NCBI GenBank assembly: GCA_964486045.1
Contig: CAZALK010000003.1
Location: 32,001-96,000, forward strand
DNA from: an uncultured archaeon
GTDB taxonomy: Archaea; Asgardarchaeota; Lokiarchaeia; Sigyniarchaeales; SOKP01
Direction of reading: 5' to 3'
Length of the DNA: 64,000 nucleotides
The notes under the pieces were generated by a model. That model was not told the origin of the DNA. It did not search any database and saw only the letters and a list, made by a program, of their open reading frames with translations. Position 1 is the first letter of the stretch. Each line of letters opens with the position of its first letter. The position numbers and the translations under genes were made by a program. Below are positions 50,956-59,120 of the stretch, piece after piece.

Positions 50956-51252
50956 ATTATAAATCGTCAAGAAGTTAAAAATATAATCCGTCGTTTCGAA
51001 GAGAGGGAGGGAATTCGCGGCGTCATTATTTGCGATTCCAGTGGGTTGCCAATTGATTCGAATATGAAAATAGATATTAGTGAAGAAGTAGCTGCTTACG
51101 TGACATCACTTATCGGGAAAGGAAGACAAGTAGTTGAAGCCTTAGATGAAGGAATTTTGAAATTTATAAGATTAGAGACTGCGGTTGCCGGTGAGTCACG
51201 TGAAGTAATGGTGGCTTTGGAAGAAAACCTAATTTTAATAATTATGAAGTAG
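50956..51252 (+). CDS. Dynein light chain roadblock (DYNLRB)-like protein, ~98 aa, non-canonical start
   Basis: Frame extends 30 codons upstream of the tracked TTG: (I)INRQEVKNIIRRFEEREGIRGVIICDSSGLPIDSNM...; TAA at 50947; AGGTG at 50942-50946. Confidence 0.8.
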   Translation: MINRQEVKNIIRRFEEREGIRGVIICDSSGLPIDSNMKIDISEEVAAYVTSLIGKGRQVVEALDEGILKFIRLETAVAGESREVMVALEENLILIIMK

Positions 51253-51389
51253 AAAAACAAGTTTTCCTTCTTTTTAATATTTAAATTCTTCAAAATAGAG
51301 AAATACTGTAATAATATCATCCACACCTCTTTATTATTTCGTATTTTATCATCTTTTGATTAATACTTTTTTAAGATGAAAATCTCTAT

Positions 51390-52031
51390 TTAGAGAAAAT
51401 ATTTTTTATGTGGATTTTGTTTCCTCTCTTCTCCCACAGAGGTAACATCACCAGAGTAGGAATGACCTGAAAATATAAGAAAATTATCTGTGATTTCAGG
51501 ATTATACATTATTTTATTTTTAATGGATGAAAATAACTGATTTGGGTTTCCCCCCCCGAAATCCGATCTTCCTATGCCACGACAGAAAATTAAATCACCA
51601 GTAAAGATTATCCCATCTATTTCTTGACCGTTAAATTCTTTTGGATCTTTTGAATAATAACAGAGGGAATCGAGAGAGTGACCAGGGGTTTCTAAGACAT
51701 GTAAGGTATATTCCCCCACGTTAATAGTATCACCCTCTATCAACCCTCGATTATCCCTACCTGCAGAATATCTTCCCCATTTATATCTCGATTTATGAAA
51801 CATTATAGGAATGTCAAAGTAGTTTGAAATTACACCAACATTTCCGGTGTGGTCTTCGTGTCCATGAGTCACAAGAACCGCAATTGGTCTAACATCCAAT
51901 TCATCAACTGCATTAATTATTTTCTCTGCCTCAGCACCGGGATCAACAATTACAACTTCTTTAGTGTTTGGTGACCCGAAGATGTATGTATTAACAATGT
52001 AAGATCCAACAACTAATCTTTTTAAAATCAC
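51390..52031 (-). CDS. MBL-fold hydrolase (glyoxalase II/YcbL-like), tandem paralog
   Basis: THGHEDHTG, TPGHS, FTGD, SGH. Confidence 0.9.
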   Translation of the reverse strand: MILKRLVVGSYIVNTYIFGSPNTKEVVIVDPGAEAEKIINAVDELDVRPIAVLVTHGHEDHTGNVGVISNYFDIPIMFHKSRYKWGRYSAGRDNRGLIEGDTINVGEYTLHVLETPGHSLDSLCYYSKDPKEFNGQEIDGIIFTGDLIFCRGIGRSDFGGGNPNQLFSSIKNKIMYNPEITDNFLIFSGHSYSGDVTSVGEERKQNPHKKYFL

Positions 52032-52162
52032 ACTAAATCTACTTCTTTCTAAAATTAGAACTTAAAATATTGGTTAACCTATAATTTTTTATATTTCTTC
52101 AATTGATATCTGTTCTATGGAATTACTCTTATCAGCAAAAAATTGACAGAACCAGCTCCACT

Positions 52163-52807
52163 TCAAACAAAATAATTTCTAAACATATTCATTTGCCTTT
52201 CTTCTCCTACTGAGGTGCTACCCATATGGCCTGCAAAAATTAGGAAGTTATCGGTTATTTCAGGATTAAGCATAATTTTATTTTTAATGGATGAAAATAG
52301 AAGGTTTGGGTCACCTCCTCCGAAATCCGACCTTCCAATGCTTCTTCGAAAGATTAAATCACCTGTGAAAATAACTCCATCAATTTGAATCTCATTATAC
52401 TCTTTAACATCTTTTGTAAAGAAACACAACGAACCAGGAGAATGTCCTGGAGTTTCTAAGACATTTAGTATAATTTCACCTATGAGAATGGAATCTCCCT
52501 CATTTAGCCACCTTTCTGCTTGTTTTTGATGATATAACCCCGAATCGTATTCCTTTTTATTAAACATTAGAGGAATATCAAAATATCGTATAATTTTTCC
52601 AACACCTCCTGTATGATCGAAGTGTCCATGACTTAACAGGATACTAATTGGTTTTACATCTAGTTCTTCTATAGATTGAATAATCCTACTTGAATCTCCA
52701 CCGGGATCGATAATGACAGCTTCTTTAGACTCAGATGACCCGAATATATATGAGTTCGTGCCAAGTGGTCCAACAATTAGCTTTTTTAAAATCAAATTAA
52801 ATTCCAC
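52163..52807 (-). CDS. MBL-fold hydrolase (glyoxalase II/YcbL-like), tandem paralog
   Basis: SHGHFDHTG, TPGHSPG, FTGD, AGH; close paralog of 51390..52031. Confidence 0.9.
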   Translation of the reverse strand: MEFNLILKKLIVGPLGTNSYIFGSSESKEAVIIDPGGDSSRIIQSIEELDVKPISILLSHGHFDHTGGVGKIIRYFDIPLMFNKKEYDSGLYHQKQAERWLNEGDSILIGEIILNVLETPGHSPGSLCFFTKDVKEYNEIQIDGVIFTGDLIFRRSIGRSDFGGGDPNLLFSSIKNKIMLNPEITDNFLIFAGHMGSTSVGEERQMNMFRNYFV

Positions 52808-52840
52808 TTCTTTAAGGATTGAATATAAAATAAAAAGGGA

Positions 52841-53122
52841 CTAATTTTTTACTAAATTGTTTATTTCTTTCAGTTTATTGTAAATGTCCAAACCCTTCTC
52901 AGTTAACTTAATGTATTTAACCTTATTACTGTTTTCAATCTCTATTAGACCTTTTCTTATAAGATCTTCTTTAACACGAAAGAATGAGTTATAGTAGGAA
53001 AACTTATTTAACTCATTATAGAATGCATGCTTATCTAATTTATTGCCATTTTTCGTAAGCACAAAAAAAGTATCTTTGAACCCTTTCTTTTTAAGCAAAC
53101 TAATTAAATCTTCAAATATCAT
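52841..53122 (-). CDS. Small winged-helix DNA-binding protein
   Basis: LIRKGLIE...YIKLTEKGLDI wing motif. Confidence 0.75.
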   Translation of the reverse strand: MIFEDLISLLKKKGFKDTFFVLTKNGNKLDKHAFYNELNKFSYYNSFFRVKEDLIRKGLIEIENSNKVKYIKLTEKGLDIYNKLKEINNLVKN

Positions 53123-53193
53123 TTTAAAGCTCCTATACCTAAATAAATGGGAAGAAAAATTTTAACTAAATTGTAACTGAGAATTAAAAAGGA

Positions 53194-53424
53194 TTAAAAA
53201 ACCTTGTGATTTAATGCTATTATGTTTTATTAGCTGTAACTTTAGTTTAAGTTCTCAATTAAATTAAAAATATAACTCAAATTTTTTCTTTATGTATTAG
53301 TTGAAGATAATTTTAGAATCAAGAAGATCCCCAATTCCAAATGTTTTAAAGTAGAATAGAAAGCAAAAAATTTTTAAAAAACCTTGTGATTTACATAATA
53401 ATCTGTTTAGGAGGCAGTAACTTT
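53194..53424. repeat. Two-copy imperfect ~50-bp direct repeat with 180-bp period upstream of the wHTH gene
   Basis: ttaaaaaaccttgtgattta at 53194-53213 and 53374-53393, each followed by gc(t/a)gtaacttt at 53233 and 53414. Confidence 0.75.
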
Positions 53425-53965
53425 TAATTTACTTTTTATGGAATTTGTTTTTAATTTTACTTCCCTCAAATGCAAGTATCATGAATATCTAAACTATGTT
53501 CAGTCTGAGATTCAATTATCACTAGGAAAACTAGATGGATTTTCATTCTTTGTATTGTATTCTAAACAATGTTCAATTGTTAATAGATGTTTCCGATTTA
53601 TTGGAATTTCAGGTCATTTAGTGTTGTTTAGTAGAATGGGATCCAAGTGGGAAAGATTTATATAGTAATATTTCCATTTAATTAATAATGAAAAAAGAAA
53701 TAATAAATGAACAAATCAATAGAGATGGTCAAGAAAACTTACGTATTAGTTCAGTTCTACTAACAAATATTTTTAGTGAAGACCAAAAATAATGTTTCTT
53801 ACATTAAATCCTTCTCATATAATAGAGAAAATGCTAGAAACCTTCATTGAGGGGAAACCCGGAAATTCTAGACATTATAAAATTTGATCTTTTTCCTTTT
53901 TTATCAATTTTTTTTAATTTTAGCGATAATTTCTTAATATCTAGTCTGTTTTAATTATTATATCT

Positions 53966-54862
53966 ATGACTATTGATTCCGTTGACATAGTTATTTTAGG
54001 TCATTTTGCCAAGGATATTATAGAAGTAGATGGTGTAAGTAGTACTAGTATAGGTGGTGCAGTATATTACGGCGGAATTACTGGGAGTCATATGGGTCTT
54101 AAAATCGCAATTATTACAAGACTTAGAAAAGAAGATTTCGAATTTTTATCAATTTTCAAAACAAATGGTGTTAAATATTACGCTTTTCCTTCTGAGGAAA
54201 CATCCGGCTTAAAAAACATTTATTCCTCAAATAACATGGAATTTAGAAGCTATGAGCCCCTCGGTTTTGCGGGGTTGTTTAAACAAGAAGAAATTATCAG
54301 TATAAATTCAAAATTTTTTGTAATTGGTCCAATTACAGCTGGAGAAGTAGATTTAGAATTACTAGAATATCTAAAAACAAGATACTCTGAAAATTTGTGT
54401 TTAGATATACAGGGTTTTATTAGATTTAGAGATAATAAAAAAGTTTTTTATTCTCCCCTAACCCTTAAAGAGAAGAAGGTGATCATATCAAACATCAACG
54501 TATTAAAAGTTGATCAAACTGAAGCTGAAGTACTAACTGATCAGAAGAATATTGAGAATGCCGCCAAAAATTTACTTAAATTAGGCCCAAAAGAGATTCT
54601 TATTACTCATGAGGACGGAATTTCTATCTTTGGAAATAATTTTTCATATAGCTTTTCATGGAAAAACAAAAGCTCAATGGGAAGAACCGGTAGGGGTGAT
54701 ACTGCATTTATTAGTTATATAGGATCTCGCATTACAAAAAATCCTAGACAATCATTGAAATTTGCAGCAGCACTCACATCTCTTAAACTAGAAACTCCTG
54801 GGCCATTTAGTTTGCCACTTTATCAGGTAGAAACATTAATTAAAAAAGAATATTCTGATTAG
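53966..54862 (+). CDS. PfkB-family carbohydrate kinase
   Basis: GGAVYYGG, LDIQG, C-terminal RTGRGDT signature. Confidence 0.85.
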   Translation: MTIDSVDIVILGHFAKDIIEVDGVSSTSIGGAVYYGGITGSHMGLKIAIITRLRKEDFEFLSIFKTNGVKYYAFPSEETSGLKNIYSSNNMEFRSYEPLGFAGLFKQEEIISINSKFFVIGPITAGEVDLELLEYLKTRYSENLCLDIQGFIRFRDNKKVFYSPLTLKEKKVIISNINVLKVDQTEAEVLTDQKNIENAAKNLLKLGPKEILITHEDGISIFGNNFSYSFSWKNKSSMGRTGRGDTAFISYIGSRITKNPRQSLKFAAALTSLKLETPGPFSLPLYQVETLIKKEYSD

Positions 54863-54865
54863 ATC

Positions 54866-55618
54866 ATGAAAATAGGAGGAATCCTTGATATATCAACAAA
54901 GGATATCCCACATAAATCAGCTATGGTTTTATTTACTGTAGGGTGTAACTTTAAGTGTGAATTTTGCCACAATAAGTACCTTTTACAACCAAGTGTTGGG
55001 AGAGAATATAATATCAAGGAATTGATTAACAAAATAAGTTCCAATTTACTGGTAAGCGGAGTAAGTATTACTGGAGGAGAACCAACACTACAAAAAGAAT
55101 TACCGGAATTATGTATAGAAATTAAAAAAATTGGCAAATATTTAAGCATCGATACAAATGGGTCAAATCCCTCTGTCATAAAAGCTATTTCTCCTTCTAT
55201 TAATAGGGTTGCATTAGATTTAAAGGGAACATTTGAGCTAAAAAGTTTAGAAAAAATTACTGGTGTAAAGGTAGATATAAGTAAAATTAGAGAAACTTTA
55301 GAGTTCCTTAAATCTCAAAAAGATATAGAGTTTGAAATACGTACTACTTATGTAGAAAGCCTATTATCTTCAATTGATATTGAAAACATTATTAACACTC
55401 TCAGAGAATCAGAATTTTCAGGTAATTTTGTTCTTCAACAATACCAATTTTTTAATGGGGTAGGGGAAAAATTTAAACAAATTTTCTCCAAACCCGAGCA
55501 TGATACGCTAGTGAATATCTTGAGACCTTATAGAGATTTAGAAGCAGAACTTCCATTTAAAATATTCCTAAGGGATGAAATAGTTGGATATTGTGCTATT
55601 AATGAAATGGACAATTAA
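54866..55618 (+). CDS. Radical SAM activase (anaerobic RNR / glycyl-radical activating family)
   Basis: GCNFKCEFCHN, ITGGEPTLQ, IDTNG, LDLKG, EIRTT. Confidence 0.85.
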   Translation: MKIGGILDISTKDIPHKSAMVLFTVGCNFKCEFCHNKYLLQPSVGREYNIKELINKISSNLLVSGVSITGGEPTLQKELPELCIEIKKIGKYLSIDTNGSNPSVIKAISPSINRVALDLKGTFELKSLEKITGVKVDISKIRETLEFLKSQKDIEFEIRTTYVESLLSSIDIENIINTLRESEFSGNFVLQQYQFFNGVGEKFKQIFSKPEHDTLVNILRPYRDLEAELPFKIFLRDEIVGYCAINEMDN

Positions 55619-55621
55619 GAT

Positions 55622-55848
55622 CTAATTATTATTTGTTGGTATTGATTTCATTTCTATTTTTGATTTCATTGCATAGAAAACTACAAAACCACATAATACA
55701 ATAATTACTTGGATAAGAATGACTAAGAAACTAAAAGTAAACAATAATGCGATACAGATAATTGAACCTAATAGTGCAACAATTAGTACCCATCTAATAT
55801 TTGGCTTTAATTTAAATTTAGTTTAGGTTTTTTCTTAGCTTCTGTCAC
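55622..55848 (-). pseudogene. Small 2-TM protein with a 1-bp frameshift near the start
   Basis: GTG ACA GAA GCT AAG... then the shifted frame KFKLKPNIRWVLIVALLGSII...; 227 nt in total. Confidence 0.4.
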
Positions 55849-55983
55849 TTCAAGGTCGCTCCTTGTTATAAATTATCTTGCATTAACTTATATAAAAAGA
55901 TATATTTTATGATTAGTAAATCAACTTAAAATAAGGTTATAGAATTTCAAAAAATTTCAATTAAAAATAATTTAACTCTAAAG

Positions 55984-56292
55984 GTGATAATTGTAGATCC
56001 AAAAAATATTTTTGATGATCAGGAATTTCTATTAGAAACCCCCGTGAAAGATTTAATTTATAATTCAAGCAATTTTAAGATAATACGAATCTCTCTAAAA
56101 AAAGGATTAGCAATCCCCTCACATCAGGGTTCGCATATTGTTGTTTTCTTCGTCTTGAAAGGAAAGGGACTTTTTACGTCTGGTTCCGGGGAGGTAGAAT
56201 TAAGTGAGAATGATTATATTTCAATAAGTGAAAATGAACCAAGGGGGATCAGAAGTTTGGAAGATTTAGTTGTCTTAGCTATTCGTGATTAA
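55984..56292 (+). CDS. Cupin-domain protein
   Basis: IPSHQG..FFVLKGKG..LSENDYI. Confidence 0.8.
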   Translation: MIIVDPKNIFDDQEFLLETPVKDLIYNSSNFKIIRISLKKGLAIPSHQGSHIVVFFVLKGKGLFTSGSGEVELSENDYISISENEPRGIRSLEDLVVLAIRD

Positions 56293-56316
56293 ATAATTGA
56301 TTTTAAGTTAAGCTTT

Positions 56317-56832
56317 TTACTTCAATTTTTCAGGTCGTGCTATACAAGGTTGATGGATATGTTTGTGCTTTTTAACTTGTTGTAATCTTAATTTTCTTCT
56401 GTTTTTAGCTTCTTCAAACCTTCGTTTATCATCTTCAGTTATTAAAATAAGTTTCGGGACAAGTGTTGGTTTATCATTTTTATCTAAAGCTACAAAAGTT
56501 AAGTAGGCAGAACCAACATGAGTGTGAGTGCCTGTTCTTAAGCATTCTGCCTCTATCCTTACACCAATCTCCATAGAAGTATTTGAAATATAGTTTAATG
56601 AGGCTTTTGCAAAGACCAAGTTTCCGACATAAACAGGCGAGATGAAATCCATTCTGTCCAAACTAGCTGTCACTATATTACTGTGTGTGTGCCTTGCTGC
56701 TACTATGGCACCCGCTTGGTCGACTAATTTTAAAATATATCCTCCGTGAACATTTCCAGCAACGTTAGAATGTTCAGGCATCATTACTTGAGCAATTTCA
56801 ACTTTTGAATCCGCAACTTTTTTACTTTCCAT
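56317..56832 (-). CDS. Hotdog-fold acyl-CoA thioesterase (YciA-like)
   Basis: PEHSNVAGNVHGG..VDQAG, VTAS, TSMEIGV, TFVALD. Confidence 0.92.
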   Translation of the reverse strand: MESKKVADSKVEIAQVMMPEHSNVAGNVHGGYILKLVDQAGAIVAARHTHSNIVTASLDRMDFISPVYVGNLVFAKASLNYISNTSMEIGVRIEAECLRTGTHTHVGSAYLTFVALDKNDKPTLVPKLILITEDDKRRFEEAKNRRKLRLQQVKKHKHIHQPCIARPEKLK

Positions 56833-56874
56833 TTTAAATTCCCCAATATATATAGTTAAAAAGAAAAAACTAAC

Positions 56875-57138
56875 CTAAAATAAAAAAGGAATAATAGTGC
56901 TTAAATAGATTATTAAAATGATTGATGCAACAATGAGTACAGCAGTCATCACCAGGCTTTGCTTCCTTACCTTTCTCGGGAATTTTTTTTGACAATTCGC
57001 ACAGTTAACAGCAGGAGCATTATTTCTCTTGGAAAATCCATGTATTATGTGATCTTGGCATAAAGGTTTTCCACATATAGCACAATTAGAAACAGCATCC
57101 TTCTCACATTCAGCGCAAGTTTCCACAGTCATTGTCAT
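56875..57138 (-). CDS. B-box-like zinc finger with C-terminal TM anchor
   Basis: CAEC...CAICGKPLCQDH...CANC plus hydrophobic tail. Confidence 0.7.
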   Translation of the reverse strand: MTMTVETCAECEKDAVSNCAICGKPLCQDHIIHGFSKRNNAPAVNCANCQKKFPRKVRKQSLVMTAVLIVASIILIIYLSTIIPFLF

Positions 57139-57243
57139 TATCTACTTATTTCAGATTAAATCTAAGTCATAAATATTCATTTATGATTATAAACACTTGG
57201 TTAATAAGGAATAATAATTTTGTTTTTATAATACTCCGACTGT

Positions 57244-59055
57244 GTGTATATTATAGTGAAGAGAAGAGAGAAATTAGCTGATGGTATCAAAAAATTAAGG
57301 AACAGAATTGAAAAAAAGCGATTATTTAAGTATATAGGAATTATGTTCTTATCTTTGAGCATAATTTTAACGGTAATTTCTGTTTCTCTCGCCTTAGTTT
57401 TAAGAGATCAACAACTTACTTATTTCAATGATGAAAATATTGATGTGGAGTCGATTTCATTAGAGATGCGAGATGGAATTGTTATTAAAGGACTTATATA
57501 TATAGACAAGAATTTAAAAGAAAATGTTACAAATTCAATTCCCACTATCTTGCTTCTACATGGTATCAACGGAAGAAAAGAACATAAAACAGGAATAATA
57601 TATCAATATGTTAAATTGGGTTATGCTGTAATTTCAGTAGAACAAAGAGGTCATGGAGAATCTGGTAGCCCTAGCGGATTTCTTTCTAAAGAGCCTGATG
57701 ATATGATTGAATTGATTGATTATATTGGAGCAAATTATCAGTATGCAAATACAACTCATATGGGGTTGCTAGGCTATTCATATGGTGGTGGAATTGGTGC
57801 GATCTTGCAAGCTTTAGAAGATAGAATTCATGCTGTAGTTCTTTATCATCCATTAGCCGATCTTGGAAGCTTAACTACTAGAATTCCACTTCGATATCTG
57901 ATTGGATCAACCATAGCTGTTCCGAACATCGATAACATTCAAGATGGTTATGAACTCGCGAACGAAAACAATACCCAAAATCTGTTGTTGTTACAAGGTT
58001 TAGCAGATAATGTAATAACTCCAGCAGACACTGAGAATTTTTATGAAAAAATAAATCCTGCTAACAGAACTGATATCGTCTTAAAAGAGAGGCCAAATCT
58101 AAATCATGAAGGAAATGAGAAAGACATTACATCTTTGAAAATGGCTATTGTGTGGTTTGAGCATTTTTATGAAAAACAAACGATTAATATTACTAACTTA
58201 GAAAATGAAATTAATTCCATTAGTTTATTTGATTACGCTTTTCCTAGCAATATGATTTCAGAAGATTTAGTTATCATCTCAGCTATCATTTTATTCATGG
58301 GATTGAGTTCATTGGTAGTTAAATTTAGAATTTTGCCATATTGGGACAAACTTCCTATGAAAAAGGACGTCGACAATTCTCGAGAGGGCAAAGAAAGATA
58401 TAAAAAAATGATAATCTATCGCACTACAGGTTATATGGGTGCATTATTAATCACGGGAATAATTTTTTTCTTATTTAATCAATCTTTCCTTTATGGATAT
58501 TTCATATTTTTCCCTTTAATCTCAATACCTATTATGCTTTTTATACCCAGTGAATTGCATTCCAACTGGAAGGAAGAATGGAGAAATTGGATAAAAAATG
58601 ATTTAATCTCCTTTTTATATTCGCTTTCAATAGTTATTGTCCCTACTGTATACTTTTTACTATTGTATAATCTAGTGGCTGGATTAACAATGAGTTTTAC
58701 AATTCCAATTTTTAATATTTCTTCTTTACCCTATTTAGTTCTTGGATTAGGTTCTGGAATTATGGACTACTTATACTTACGAGAAATGAAGGGTCGTCAT
58801 GCTATGATTCTTATGATAATTCGACCTATTACTATTTTGATATTTTTAGGCTTTGTCCCACTTCCTCCCTTCCCTATTTTAGGAGGTATTATTTCTCACG
58901 TATTATTTATATTATTAACTGGAATTATTTTATATTATATTAGAAGCCTTGTCAAGCTTTTAGCTAAATTTTATAAAAACAGTTCTTCTCTTTATTTATT
59001 AGTCATGCTACCCTTTGTAATCTTTTATATGCGAGTCTTTTTTAGAATTATATAA
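57244..59055 (+). CDS. Membrane-bound alpha/beta hydrolase with C-terminal multi-TM domain
   Basis: LLHG, RGHGES, GYSYGG, QGLADNVI, NHE; many C-terminal TM helices. Confidence 0.85.
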   Translation: MYIIVKRREKLADGIKKLRNRIEKKRLFKYIGIMFLSLSIILTVISVSLALVLRDQQLTYFNDENIDVESISLEMRDGIVIKGLIYIDKNLKENVTNSIPTILLLHGINGRKEHKTGIIYQYVKLGYAVISVEQRGHGESGSPSGFLSKEPDDMIELIDYIGANYQYANTTHMGLLGYSYGGGIGAILQALEDRIHAVVLYHPLADLGSLTTRIPLRYLIGSTIAVPNIDNIQDGYELANENNTQNLLLLQGLADNVITPADTENFYEKINPANRTDIVLKERPNLNHEGNEKDITSLKMAIVWFEHFYEKQTINITNLENEINSISLFDYAFPSNMISEDLVIISAIILFMGLSSLVVKFRILPYWDKLPMKKDVDNSREGKERYKKMIIYRTTGYMGALLITGIIFFLFNQSFLYGYFIFFPLISIPIMLFIPSELHSNWKEEWRNWIKNDLISFLYSLSIVIVPTVYFLLLYNLVAGLTMSFTIPIFNISSLPYLVLGLGSGIMDYLYLREMKGRHAMILMIIRPITILIFLGFVPLPPFPILGGIISHVLFILLTGIILYYIRSLVKLLAKFYKNSSSLYLLVMLPFVIFYMRVFFRII

Positions 59056-59120
59056 CACAAGTATCAAAAAACTTATTTAATCTATTTTTAAAATTAGTAT
59101 TTAGATGTTGATGGTAATAT

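Noticed and set aside
50985-51050. GC-rich patch as a possible ncRNA
   Set aside because: It is the uncalled 5' coding part of the DYNLRB-like gene.
53630-53660. ORB-like sequence gatccaagtgggaaag suggesting a replication origin
   Set aside because: Single weak match with no G-string, no inverted partner and no orc1/cdc6 nearby.
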